Assembly (NCBI GenBank): GCA_002269645.1
Contig: NIVC01001363.1
Location: forward strand, 124,001 to 188,000
DNA from: Macrostomum lignano
Lineage: Eukaryota
Reading direction: 5' to 3'
Length of the DNA: 64,000 bases
How positions within the stretch are numbered: position 1 is the stretch's first letter; every line of letters starts with the position of its first letter. A program made the translations under genes and the position numbers. The notes under the pieces are model-generated. The model was not told the origin of the DNA, searched no databases, and worked only from the letters and a program-made list of their open reading frames with translations. Positions 11,201-22,959 of the stretch are shown piece after piece.

Positions 11201-12118
11201 CTCTGTGCGAGCGGGCCCCTGATTGGTAGTGACAGGCGGAGTGGTCTGGCTTAATCTATTGGCTTGGTCGGTCACCATCTTCTCAAGCTCAGCGACCCTC
11301 TGTTCTAACGCTTTCTTCTCAGCGTCAGGTTCTATGGCACGAACCTTGGCTATAGTAGGAGGCACGTTCAGAAGCTGGCGGACCCCGACAAGATCTTTGG
11401 CCTTCTGCATCAGCTCTTCTGCAGAGGTGGCACTGTCGGTTTCCTGATCCCATAAGAGGAGCTTTTCGGCGAGGTCCTTATCCCTCAGCCCATGGCAGAA
11501 TCTGGCCTTGAGTAGGGGCTTCGCTTCAGCGAGCGAGAGACCCGCTAGTCTAGAATAGGAGACCAGTCTGTCGAAGAAATCAGACATCTGCTCATTATGA
11601 GATTGGGCGGCAGCAACTAATTCTACGTAGGCCTTGTCCTTCTTCTTGGCATCGGTGTACCTTTCCCTGAGCAGCCGAAGCGCAGATTCGAAAGGCAACT
11701 GGTCACACCGGTAATTAAGATATACCTCTTGGCATTCGGCTGACAGCAAAGATACGAGAATGGCGGACTTCTGGTCCTCAGGAACGCGGCAAGTGGCTAG
11801 ATACGAAGTAAGCTGAGCTTCCCACGTATCAAAGTTCATCTTCGGCTGATAAGCGATTGGAGGGCGAAGGCGTATGTCTGGCTTCGCAGGCGGCGAGGAA
11901 TTTGGCGCTAATGGCGAGGAAACAGCGAGACGCTCTTCGAGCATCCGGTGAAGAGAGGCTAAGGTTTGAGTCAACAAGAGTTGCTCACTAGGAGCTGGCG
12001 CGGCGGCAGCAGCTGCGCCTGCTGGCTGCTCGCCGGCATCGACTGCGTCCTGATCTGGCACGGCGGCATCTCCGTCAGCCAATGACGCTGCGGCATGGTT
12101 GTCCCCGTTGTCGGACAT
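8150..12118 (-). CDS. Gag-Pol polyprotein: Gag, CCHC knuckle, cold-shock-like domain, protease, RT, RNase H
   Basis: CHRCGQTDHLIADC knuckle; NYGFI/LFVH motifs; LDSGA protease; LDLTSAYWQV, PFGI and YLDD in RT; DCDSS...RELLG RNase H. Confidence 0.96.
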   Translation of the reverse strand: MSDNGDNHAAASLADGDAAVPDQDAVDAGEQPAGAAAAAAPAPSEQLLLTQTLASLHRMLEERLAVSSPLAPNSSPPAKPDIRLRPPIAYQPKMNFDTWEAQLTSYLATCRVPEDQKSAILVSLLSAECQEVYLNYRCDQLPFESALRLLRERYTDAKKKDKAYVELVAAAQSHNEQMSDFFDRLVSYSRLAGLSLAEAKPLLKARFCHGLRDKDLAEKLLLWDQETDSATSAEELMQKAKDLVGVRQLLNVPPTIAKVRAIEPDAEKKALEQRVAELEKMVTDQANRLSQTTPPVTTNQGPARTEPTGGPPQVSQTYRQPRPAPRPPRACHRCGQTDHLIADCPSPSPRPQSPKQPRGSQNQQPSRGKVTTELGTIATWSQNYGFIQSEHLPEKLFVHISQLSPSLRSLVEQHRLRGTRVKFQRQVDPGRQHDKACNVQPQPGDSDPQCRQGGYTADTFESSYFVQLGVGDSKVLACLDSGANASIMGADVKAKLVAADPVNNIFTPSANKQRATAFGGSQVDILGSLRCEINLGNTTKQHVFLVTAYCTTEALLGMDFLRSFEMLLDFNSGRALVAGVSVPVIEGDKGIFQLRRVMAAGTVELPPHSETLIPSRVLDSSPYTSGIVMSRILGPETEQLVAKTLDSVSDTNHILVRVLNSGEQPIQITRGQEIASFQELDSHEVIAQTTLKESDFSLDNVANLTSQLSKLPPPSRELAKWLTTQFQLDQAKLSRGQLATVLKLLNYFNSQISRSNADLGHTNLHEMGIELIDPKAKPVAQPYRRTTPAQKEFLDQNIAQMLEQGVIEECDSDWVSPIVLVKKKDGTQRLCIDYRAVNKLIKPCSFPLPLIEESFDSLAGATVFSSLDLTSAYWQVGIKEEARDYTAFACPQGTFRWKVVPFGIKTAPANFAKLMHKVFRPLLMKVSLIYLDDIIIKAVNNDQMIAHLALVLWQLRKAGLKIKPSKCELFKDKVAFLGFVVSSRGIEADPAKTQAVQDWPKPLSKKQLLSFLGFANYYRKFVPRFSIIATPLYALAKKDAPFLWQPHHERAFQELKHSLCSPPILAYPDLSAKGREFILDCDSSLDGTGGVLYQLGPDGQEQVIAYASKKFNSSQRNYCATMRELLGLVLMLEHFRPYLLDKPFTVRVDAAALKWLHSKKHATGMLAQWLATIELYPLKVQQSTLERIAEYDFTVQYRPGVDHVPADALSRLPKFRADHFDCPTCSQIPEFKGKFLDQDPKHRRTPPSRELRQVCVQTIGISVACQTDTDAPAEPTPNVRATASGAVPSPETESRQPEPNPKCHLSSSGPRMPRTPVLTWRA

Positions 12119-12649
12119 TGTGTAAGGTTGAGTGAGACAAATGAATCAAGCGTGAACGAAAATAAGGCTCCAGAGAAAACGAATTGAGGTTGATGACGCG
12201 AGAGAGACGAGAGAGATTGCGTCCTACTAACAAAATACGTGCCTGACAGGGGCAAACCGCAAAAAGCCTATAATAGGGGAGAGTCCTATCACGCAAACCA
12301 CCCAGACTAACTGTCAGGCAATAGTCCCTACAAACAATCAGCGCACAGCGTAACCTGGCGTGGCTTGGCACACGCAGCGGAGCTATCTTGGCAGAGCGTA
12401 AGCTCGAGCTCAACGCAGTTGACAGCGCGCGTTGCTCAGGGCGACGACCAGCGACGACTCGCGGCGACGAGCGAAGACCGGCCGAGCAGTCAGGACCCCT
12501 GGGCCTGACGTGGCACAGGCTCTCGTAGCCTTGCGGACCGAACCTCAGGCGTGGCACAGGCTCTCGCAGCCTTGCGGACCGTCAGGCAGAAACGTGGCAG
12601 GCCGGCACTCAGTCACGAGCCGGCAGAGCTGAGCAGAATCTTGATGGCA

Positions 12650-12789
12650 CTGACTTAGTTGCGAGCCGGCAGTGCTGAGTAGGAGTCTCGGTGGTGCTGA
12701 CTTAGTTGCGAGCCGGCAGTGCTGAGTAGGAGTCTCGGTGGTGCTGACTTAGTTGCGAGCCGGCAGTGCTGAGTAGGAGTCTCGGTGGG
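12650..12789. repeat. 47-bp tandem repeat x3 in the Gypsy 5' UTR, the last copy running into the PBS
   Basis: CTGACTTAGTTGCGAGCC starts at 12650, 12697 and 12744. Confidence 0.9.
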
Positions 12790-12796
12790 ACCTCCA
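12780..12796 (-). promoter_or_regulatory. Primer-binding site complementary to tRNA-Gln
   Basis: TGGAGGTCCCACCGAGA lies 6 nt from the 5' LTR and is complementary to the metazoan tRNA-Gln 3' end TCTCGGTGGGACCTCCA (recalled sequence). Confidence 0.85.
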
Positions 12797-12802
12797 AAAT
12801 TA

Positions 12803-13433
12803 TGTCACGTTATTGGCGTAGCGGCTGCAGCAATGGGTTGAATATAATTTGGATATGAAGTCAAGTGGCAGGCGAATGACACAATGGCGACGTGACGTGA
12901 GCAGTGGCTATGAGCACCGTGAAGGCAGTGAAACGTAGTGGTGAGTAGGCGTCGGTCGTGGCGTGAAACAGTCAAGTAAGTGTGTGAGCAGGCTGGCCCA
13001 GACAGAAGGGCCGCGGTGAGAAATAAGGAGGCTCGAGGCAGCCAGACAAACAGATAAGACAGCTAAGAGGCCGCAGGGAAGGAAACAAGGAACAGGCGGG
13101 GAGAGACGAAAAAGCGTGAGGGGTGCCCGCCGCCAGGCGGGGGTTTAATAAAAGAGCGCAGAGGGGGGTAGCGCGAGCACGAGTGATTTCATTGGCTGGC
13201 GAGAGAACTTAAAATTATCGATCGTGCCAATTTTATACGGTTGCGAGAGAGGATAGCAAAATATACAATGAATTATAAATTGCCACAAAATCGTTGGGCA
13301 CTACTAAAAGTAAACGTCGCAATAAACGAATGGAAAAGTTTAGTTGAAACGGTGAAACTGAAGGGTTGAATGACTATGGAGAACAGCAGTCCAACGGCCC
13401 TTTTCGGGACCACCTTAAACTGACAACGTCACA
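12803..13433 (-). repeat. 5' LTR
   Basis: 631-bp TG...CA repeat adjacent to the PBS. Confidence 0.96.
13231..13237 (-). promoter_or_regulatory. Candidate LTR TATA box
   Basis: TATAAAA on the minus strand, with an ATTAAA polyA-like signal about 85 nt downstream in the LTR. Confidence 0.5.
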
Positions 13434-16214
13434 CTGAGATAGTTCTTACATAAAAAACTACATGTTTTGGCTGCTAAAATTGAGGATAGATGAACAAAAA
13501 GTATAATGCTTCTTTATAGAAATTTCTAACTAGTATTTTTTATTCGAACAATGCTATTAATATTTTGCTAAAAATAAATATTAGTATAACTATCAAACAC
13601 AATTCGTGTTCAATGTGTCTTTTACTATGAAAGTTTCAAGACAGAATTTCAAAGATATAATATTATTTAAAAAGATCTACTCTTTATACATAGCAGCAAA
13701 ACACACAAACCAAGGACTAAACAGTAACTAGTAGTATAGTTGCACACCTATCGCTTAATTTTTTTATTATTTTGGTTATTCATACCCTTTAAAATAGTAG
13801 AAATGAACAATAGAAAGCTAATTTCGAGATTGAGGCAAAAACTGAGAATGCGCACTTCCATGTTGCTAGCCGCGTCTCAGCCGCGTCAAAATTTTAAACT
13901 CATGCCCCAGATGCGGCTGTAGTAAAATCTTATAGATTATGGTCTGAAAGTTATGCTTCAAAAGATTGCACGCGATAATGCGATACTTCATACAAGTGAA
14001 TTCGTGCGCTTGTAAAATAAAAAATGTGTCTGAGCGCGCGATAACATTCGAATCTATTACTTTTCATGCTGCGTTTCATTTATGTGTGTAATGAAGCTCA
14101 ACTTATATTGTAAGTACAACTTTATTTACAGTTAACTTAGTTTATCAGTCATTTAAAAAAACTTTCTTGACCGTTTTTTGTTAAAGTGCAATGAATTCAA
14201 ACGTCAGATTAACTTGGACGCGAGCGGGTAAATCTCAAACACAGAAGTAAAAAATTTGACAAAAAATAAAAGTTCTGTGGCATGCAAAATAATGCTTTAC
14301 CTCTGAAGATTAAACAATAATATAATAATTTTTCTACTTAAAACCACAAGTAGGCCTGAATTTCAAGAAAGAAAGCTGTTTGTTTTTTCGAAGGGTATTC
14401 TGACAACGATTAATACCGAAGATAAACAGTTTGTTCATTTAACATACAAAATTGTAGTTTTTGTTTTTTTAGAGTTAAATTTCTATTGGTTTGTAGTATA
14501 CACAAAATATTCTTTGTTTTTAAGCAACATTTTGTTATAAATTGAGGCTGTTTATAGTTACTTAATTTAACGTGCTAAGAATCTGCCTGATTTAATATAA
14601 ACGGAATATACGGTACCTAAACCATTTTTTATATATATATCGACAACATATCCCGTTGACGGACTGATAACGAACGGAGTTTATTATTGATGGCAATGAA
14701 ACGATGCCAATTGGGTTATTTATCTTTACTAAAATTTAATATGGCGAAACCTACAAATTCTGTAATATTCAGACTGACACCGATGGATCATGGATCTAGT
14801 ATTCAACTTGAACATATTTTAATTAAGTAAATGTATTGAATTTTCTTTAAATTACACGTTTGTCTCTTTAATTCAACTGAATCAACTTTTGCAACTATCA
14901 AATTGCAAGCCATACCACAAAAATAACACCAATACTTTCCCTTAATTTCTTGACAAAGAACTCGAAGCTGCTGTTCTCTCATACTGCTAAAAAGCTAGAA
15001 GTTAAAAAATATACTTATACATTTTACTTTTGAAGTTTTGACTAAGGTTTCCATCACTGATCAAATATATCGTCTGTAGAATGTAGATGTTGGTTTGTAA
15101 ATTAAAGCAAAACAAAAAATTGCATGTATATTCCCCATTTCTTCTTTAAAATGTGCAAGAAAAAACAGACTGAAACAGATACTTGAACTGCACTGGACTT
15201 ATATAAAGAAGTGCAGACCATAAAAATGCAATGAAATTAAAAGCGTACAGTTACTCGCACTGGGAAAATGTACAACAGTAAATAAAAGCCAAAAAGATAC
15301 TGGCAAAAAGAAAAAAACAGAAAACTTACAGACTGAAAAATACTATACAAAGCAGATATGGCACTGAAAACTAAGAAAAATGTAAATGGCAAATGGCAAA
15401 TGTTAAACTGGGAACTAAAACATATATATATGCTGAGAGAAAGGTAATACAGTATGCTAAGAGAAAGCAACAGATGTACAGGCCAGGATAAGATGCAACT
15501 GACAGTACAAATACAGTATATAGGATTTCAAACTCTTACATAGATGTGTTAGTTTTTATGCCCAACACTGTAACTACACAGTGCACATGTGAAAAAATGT
15601 GCATGTGTGGCATTTGGCATTGGCCCAGCCCAGCAATTCTTTCTACCCTCATGACTGCTATGCCACCATGGCCAACACTCCCTTCTTGCACTGTACTATA
15701 GAGATACATATAAATATATTCTATTATCATGCAATATCCACTTTTATTCCAGACAAGAAATGAATTTTGAAGTAAATTTGTGTATTGTAGAAAATAGAAA
15801 CCATATAAGAATGAGGTATTATCATCTTAATGTTATCTGGTATCAATTTAAAGAAAATAACTGTAGTAATTTTAGGAATGTCTACATTGAAAATTGCCAA
15901 AATTTACAAATAGACAGATAGACTCTCACTTTGTATTTTTGTAAATGAATACCAAGATAGCAGAGTACAATTGAAAATGACTAAATAGAAATAATAGATA
16001 TGGCATTCAAATTGCAAGGTAAACATATACTGCTACACACAGATATTGAGATATAAATACAAATAGAAGTAGATAGATTGTGCTTCCTAATTATGAGTAA
16101 AAAGGCTTTCTAAGGTGTCATTAAATACAATAAAAGTATGCAATACCAGGATTCTTTTTGCTTTCTCCTAACCATGCAATCTGTTTCTAAGGGTTCCTGT
16201 TCCTGCCATACCTA

Positions 16215-16418
16215 TTGTCTTTTGCTAGCCCAAATAGGCATTCAAATATGATAACATTAGAGGAATATATTAAATACATTGGCAAAAACAAATTAGAATA
16301 TTTCTATGGATTACCAAACATTAGAGCTCAAAATATACACATAAGATCAAAATTGAATATCATTACAAGCGAATTCATCAAAGATTTTCATACAAAAATA
16401 AACAAACTGCTTACTTAA
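16215..16418 (+). pseudogene. Possible degenerate Penelope-like RT fragment
   Basis: YFYGLPNI resembles the Penelope RT motif YFYGLPKIHK; surrounding sequence is decayed. Confidence 0.3.
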
Positions 16419-16786
16419 GTATGTTAGTTGGCTATAAATGGTAAAAACCCATATAATGAACTTAATAAGGTCTATACTTCTTTAGTAAAATCACAAGAAC
16501 ATGCAATAAAAAACTACTCTTTGTTTAGTATTTTTCTACATAATAACAAGTTTTGGGAACATTTACATGCTTATGAGCTGAGTAAACTTACACCTTACAG
16601 GAAATTTTGTGCTCATGAAAAAAGTCAAAATGCAACATCAATAGGCATAAGTAAGTAACAATGCATTGACAGTCGCAAATAAAACAAAATAACAATATTT
16701 AAAATGTCTCTGAAAGAATTAATCACTAAAGATCAAAATGTTTGGCGTTGTTTATCAGAAAACCTACACCTTACAGGAATTTTTCA

Positions 16787-17837
16787 CAAGGACTTCTAGA
16801 CTAACAGGACGTAAAACTCAAAGATCGTGCAATTTTTTTGAGGCCACGATTTCCTGGAAAAAATACACTGCGAAGATAGGAAAAAATCAGTTTTTCGTCA
16901 CAAAATCTGTGATTGTATTTGATCTGGGGCAGTGAAGACTACCATTCTTTTAATTTAACATGCACAATATGTTACTCTATTATATTTTCATATAGCTGTG
17001 TAGTGAAGTTTTCATTTTCATATTGTTTTCACTTTATTTCATAAGCCCAAAGTTGCAAACTCACAAGTGGCATTAGCCAAATATCAAATTCAAGAAAAGA
17101 AAAGCTGTTCAAATTTGTAATATAATAATATTTTTAGCCTTTAAAATAAAAATTATAAAAGAACTAATCAATGTTTTTTCTTATAGATACCTAGTAAAAA
17201 TGGTTAGGGCCTATTTTTGTGATTAAGTCTATTCTTCTTAAATCTTAGTCCTAAATATAGGCTTGGCTTAAAAACTGATAATACAGCTTTCTCAAGCCTA
17301 GGTAACCAACCATATGAAACTATTTATTGGTAATCTATATATAATAAAAAAATCTAAATATACTAATCTTTAAGTCATTGTCTAAATTTAATTACTTATT
17401 AGGCTAGATAGTGTAGTGATAGGTCTAGTTCTAGTAGGCCTAGGAATTAGTATAGTTACTAAACCTACAATAATAGCTTAAGACTAAGAGTACCTACATG
17501 CAATGTTTTTATACTTTATTTTAAAAAGAACAACACAAAAAGTTTGGCTAATGCCACTTGTGAGTTTGCAACTTTGGGCTTATGAAATAAAGTGAAAACA
17601 ATATGAAAATGAAAACTTCACTACACAGCTATATGAAAATATAATAGAGTAACATATTGTGCATGTTAAATTAAAAGAATGGTAGTCTTCACTGCCCCAG
17701 ATCAAATACAATCACAGATTTTGTGACGAAAAACTGATTTTTTCCTATCTTCGCAGTGTATTTTTTCCAGGAAATCGTGGCCTCCAAAAAATTGCACGAT
17801 CTTTGAGTTTTACGTCCTGTTAGTCTAGAAGTCCTTG
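16787..17837. mobile_element. Non-autonomous foldback/MITE with 295-bp TIRs (CAAGGAC termini, P-like)
   Basis: Near-identical inverted arms at 16787-17081 and 17543-17837; 8-bp TSD ATTTTTCA on both sides. Confidence 0.9.
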
Positions 17838-18309
17838 ATTTTTCAACAGTAGACAAGTGTCATGCAATTAAGACAGAGCTAAATAAGTTCATAAATATTG
17901 AAAACACAGCCGTAAAATATCCACAAGCTCACAGATAAAGGTTTTCCCCTATATTTTCAGTCATTGTCCCATAGACAAAAATAGTACACGTACACAAAAG
18001 AGCGTTATGAAACAAAAAAACGTACTTAAAGTACAAGTCAGAAAAATACGTTTTCGGTCGCTATCGCCACGATAAAAGCATAAGCTCTGGCTAAAAGTTT
18101 AAAGACACATTTTTCTATCAGTTTTTTATAAATAAAAGTTAAATTTATGTACAAATACTTCTGGTTTAACAATTAAATTCATGCTGAAAGAAAAAATTTG
18201 TTTATAACTTACGTATATTTCAATTTGAGATTTACCCGAGCTCTTAACTCTCATTCCTAGATAAACCTTGAATATTCACAGTTTACCCAGGAATTGCATC
18301 AATAGTACA

Positions 18310-18590
18310 TTAATACCCATGCTTTGCGGGCGTTAATGAGAAATCCTCGGGCGCCTTTGCGGGCGTTAATGAAAAATCATGGGTTTACTATCATTGTGCC
18401 ATAGACATTGTGTCCTTGACAAAATGGGACAAAATTAGCGGGCAGTTAATGATATTAACTGCCCGCTAATTTGCATTAGAGTAAGTTTGAAATAGACAAT
18501 CGGGCGTTAAATGTCATTAACTGCCCGCTAATTTGCATTAAAGTAAGTGTGACTCCTGCAAGCGGGCTTAAATGTAGTCTATGGCATTAA
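18310..18590. repeat. Cluster of short GCGGGC-containing repeats with a perfect 19-bp hairpin
   Basis: AAATTAGCGGGCAGTTAAT (18432-18450) is inverted at 18454-18472; TTAACTGCCCGCTAATTTGCATTA occurs twice. Confidence 0.6.
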
Positions 18591-19255
18591 AAGGCAAGAA
18601 TAAGTGCCCAGCGGGCAGAAAGGTCATGGTACAAGGCCATACGGTATCTGTTTCTTTTTTATTATTCCCTACTTAAAATATCGTCGTTATGTTGTTAGTC
18701 GTTAGTCATTCGAAAAAACCGTTTAAAAAACAAATTCCAGACGATCTTTCAAATACCTTACTTATACAAATATCGTAACCCGTATTATTCATCGATCATG
18801 TAAAAATAATGGCAGTTGTTATTTGTCCAGTGACTGGACGAATAGCGTTTTTACTATTTGTCTGGTTAAATTGCTAACTGTTTAAATTGCTATTTGTTTC
18901 GTGATGAATATTCTAGATTTTTAAGACCTTTCACGTATACTGATTAATATTTTGTTGCACTATGTATAAGAAAGCAGTGTATTCAATTTGGCATAATTTG
19001 GTGTATAAGACATACACTATAGTATAACAACATAATAATCAAGATACGAGTAAGAAGTCTTTGAAGTCTAAGAATGCACAGAGACAGAGGTAAGGAGTGT
19101 CAGTTAGTCATCAATATAGAATCACGCCATTTGCTTAGTTGCCTTGTTTTTTGGTAGGCGCCTTGTGGTGGCTTTGGAGATTTCCCTGTCAGCCACCCCA
19201 TTCTACTTGTCATCAGTGTGCAGCCACTCCAACTCCCCTATGTACATTTGGATTA

Positions 19256-20099
19256 CAGTCGTTTCGGTGACAAGACGTTTCGGTGACAGTCCTTTCGGTG
19301 ACAAGAAAAATACAATTTTCTGTTTTTGTTTTTAAACAGAAAATTACTTAGAAAATCTTAAGGGATATTGAGCCTAAAATTTTATATTTTTTTAAACAGT
19401 TAAGTATTTCTGTATTTAATTTTGTTTATTTACAATTATAGAGTTGCGGTCTTTTGAATTATGTTTTCCAATTTAAACATGCAAAAGCGTCGACGAGTGA
19501 ATATCTCCGCCTTTCTCGTGGTCTGCATTTCATGAAGATTCTCTCTAGGTTTATGGTTTATGTGTCTGAACACTCTGGGACAATTCAAAACGATCTGCAC
19601 AGGAAGAAAACAATATAATTAGTTTGCTTTCTTTTTTAAATATGTAGTAGTAGTAAGTTTGGCTCAGGCAAGAAGCCTGTTTGGCCAGTATATGTCAGTG
19701 TATTTAATATTAATATTATTTCGATAGAATGGGATCTGTGCGGCGAGTTTTACAATAATATAGTATTTGAAAGGGCGCCAATTTTTTTTTCTACGAAACT
19801 TCAAAAATCTTTAACGGCAAACAAAGCAAAAAGTATTTAAGTATTTAAGTATTTTTAAGTATTTAAAATATATTCTTTCGACGAAAATTTTTAAATACAT
19901 TACGAAACATAAATCTTAACAAAATAACTACAACCGAATATTATGAAACGCCTCTTATCACTAAAATAACAATACTCATGAAATATTTGATTTTTCATTG
20001 AAAATGAAGTGTGTCTATCACAATTGCAACTTGTCACCGAAACGACTATTTGTCACCGAAACGTCTGTCACCGAAATGTCTTGTCACCGAAACGACTGG
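19256..20099. mobile_element. MITE with subterminal TTTCGGTGAC repeats
   Basis: 3 copies on the left and 4 inverted copies on the right; termini CAGTCGTTTCGGTGACAAG; probable TA flanks. Confidence 0.8.
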
Positions 20100-20559
20100 T
20101 ACCCGTACATTTTAACGTCGGTTTAACATTGGTAAAAACTGATTGGCCAAAGTTATATATATCAATTGATTTAGGATTTTAGGGTAAATATCAAAGTTAA
20201 GCCCCCTAGGCCTAATACAGTTCTAGCCTTGGCTTTATAAGTTTATAGGCCTAGGCCTAGTCTAAATAATGGTGTAGAAGTATAGAACCAAGACTGCCAC
20301 ACACCAAGACTACCACACTTGGGGGGAACTAAGAGAGAAATTTGGCTCAATGTGTTATTAGATGGTGCTAAATAGGAGATAAGTAGGTAGGAGAACTAGG
20401 CCTAGTAAGACAATGCAGCAAGAAATGGAAAAAAGGAACCTATGAGAAAAATAGCAATGCTATCTCAGCTATCTATCTCATGATATCTCAGAATACATAA
20501 TAGTAAAATTTTTTGCTCTTAATAGATCTAGCAAAGTCCTTGCTTAATTGACAATAGAT

Positions 20560-21400
20560 AATAAATATTGATTTGTTAAGAAGATAAGTACTAAAATTGA
20601 TCTGCTAATTGAAAACATCAAACAAAGATAAATTTCAAAAGCTCATGGTCATGTCTTGGTATGGTTGCCATTATAATAAAATATTTTATTGTAGTCCCCA
20701 TTTAAATTTTTGCTATATTGAAATGATGTAAAACTAAGTAAAATGCTATTAGAGCAATCAAGTTTGAGGGTTGTCAATGTAGGCTAATTGTATTAATCTA
20801 GTTAGGTGGCACTGGCATATGCTGGCAATTGCTAAAGATCTAAGTCAACTTAATTGATAATCTAATAATAATTGGCAAATAGTGTCTAATCTATTGAGAG
20901 TCTAATAGTAACTAATTGCTAAACATAGACCAATATAATGTGCATACCTAACCAGTTTAAACTAGCTTATAGTTATGTCATATATTTATATATGAAGCAT
21001 TAATTATAACAAATAAATAATAACAATTGTAAAACCATTACAATAAGTAAATCCTTTTATAAGAAACTAAAAAGTTATATATTAGAAGAAATAATTGCAC
21101 CTTTATAAAATTGTGTCTTTATAATTATTGTAAAGCCATAATAAAGATAGTATTATTTGTTATAATAATATATATTAATTTGCCTTCTTTATTTCTTGAT
21201 ATTCCTCATTTGTTTGCAAAAGATTAATTGCTATAGGAAATTGTGTTACTGTTGTCCCTAATAGTCTCAAACTTATAGTAACTATGAGTATATCTATTTG
21301 TTCTATGATGACCACTAATATATTGCAAATAGATATAAATAGGTAGCACTATATATTAGCATATAAATATATTAGCACCATATTATAGATATAGCAAATT
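20560..21400 (+). pseudogene. Highly decayed CR1/L2-type LINE RT remnant
   Basis: Traces of the DDxKL, WQL and 'AYSYV' motifs in the expected order; many stops. Confidence 0.35.
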
Positions 21401-22959
21401 AGATTTTTTGTTTTAATAATTATTTTAGAAATAATCCTATTAGTTGAAAGTTGATAAAGCTTATATGCAAGAAAAGATATAAAGCTTAAAAGATAAGCCT
21501 TTCAATTACCATTGGAACATCTAATTGTAAGGCTAATAATAATGGTACAAATTTGTATAATGATTGGTCAGAGGTGAAGCCATGAACTTTAATATGATAA
21601 GAGCTAATTGGTATAAAAGTTTAAGCCAAAGAGGGTGGACCTAATATTATAACTAAGAAATTGCTCTAAAAATAATTTTGTATTCTATACTATATATTGA
21701 GGTTTTCTTTAATGCTTTAATATATGTAATTCCCATTTTCAAGACTTAGGGATTCAATATTTAATACTTATAGTATACTATAAACTTTAGTTATTTATAG
21801 TACTATATACTAAAGTTTATACTATAAACTTATAGTAAAATATAAATGGTGTTTCAATGCCATGATTATATAGAATATCTATCAAATATTTCATGTCATA
21901 TCTAGAGATAGGCCTATTAAAGGTGATCATAAACAATAAAAGCTTTGCTCCAAAGGTGAGCTGACTTTTAGCCTGCTCAGGTATTGCTTTATTTCTTGAT
22001 CTTGATAACATACAATTAGCTAATGCAAAGAATTCATCAAAGCTACATCTAGCATTGGCACCACTATTCCAAAATATCCATTTTATCACTTGATTACACT
22101 TTATTAGCCTGATTGATACTGTTAGCAGCAACATTATTTGGCCTGTTTTCTTAGCCATCTACCAAGGATAAAAGGCTATATTTGTCTTTTTCTTTTATTG
22201 ACCTTATATCTTTAAAATTATTAGAAAAAACAACAATAATAAAATTTCTTATATATTAAATATATTCTTTTAGGTACTAGACATCAGAGTTTAAAAGCAA
22301 CTCATAAGTTAAATATGCAACTAAAATCATTATAATAGGCCAAGCAAAAAATAAAAAAGAACCTAATGGTTCAAAATAAGCAAAAGCAATTTGAAAAGGC
22401 TTTATTTGGCTGGCCCATTGAAGCTAGCCAAACTTTCCCATTGTGATGTTATATATAACACAGAAGAAGCACTAATTATTGTACAAATTGTAGCTATGAA
22501 AAGGATATATAAATCAAGATTGAAATTTTAAAAGTAAAAATAAAAACTTTGTCTATGTCTATGTTTAAAATTGTTCACTATAGACTCCAAAACCAAAAAT
22601 GCCAAAATTTACAATGCGCTTCACTAGGCTTAAAATTTCTTAAATTCAAAACTTATCTAAAACTGCAAAACCAAAAGGCATATTTTTCACTAAATCCTCC
22701 ATAGTGTTGCTCTATATTTACCAATCCTCTTCAAATTTGACATAAAAAATATTTGGGCTGCTATAAGTCTGCTCTATGTTATGCGATTAACTTTGAACTT
22801 GATACAGTTCTTCCCATAGACTGGCTTTCTAAGCACTTGAGCTGTGCTAAAGGATCTGCCCAAACAATCAGCTTGATAGGTGGTATTACCCTGCTACACT
22901 CTGGAGACTTTAGGCTTTAGCGCATGGCTGTAGGCCAGAGAAGAGAGAAAATGAAAGGG

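Larger units (their letters stand above)
4366..13433 (-). mobile_element. Ty3/Gypsy LTR retrotransposon, full length, recent insertion
   Basis: Two 631-bp TG...CA LTRs; 4-bp TSD CTGA (4362-4365, 13434-13437); PBS and PPT present; gag-PR-RT-RH-IN domain order. Confidence 0.97.

Noticed and set aside
14225-18238. 15-bp inverted match CGGGTAAATCTCAAA (14225-14239 / 18224-18238) as TIRs of a 4-kb element
   Set aside because: The match does not extend and no TSD was found.
21817-22158. 113-aa minus-strand ORF
   Set aside because: No motifs; lies in decayed repeat-derived DNA.
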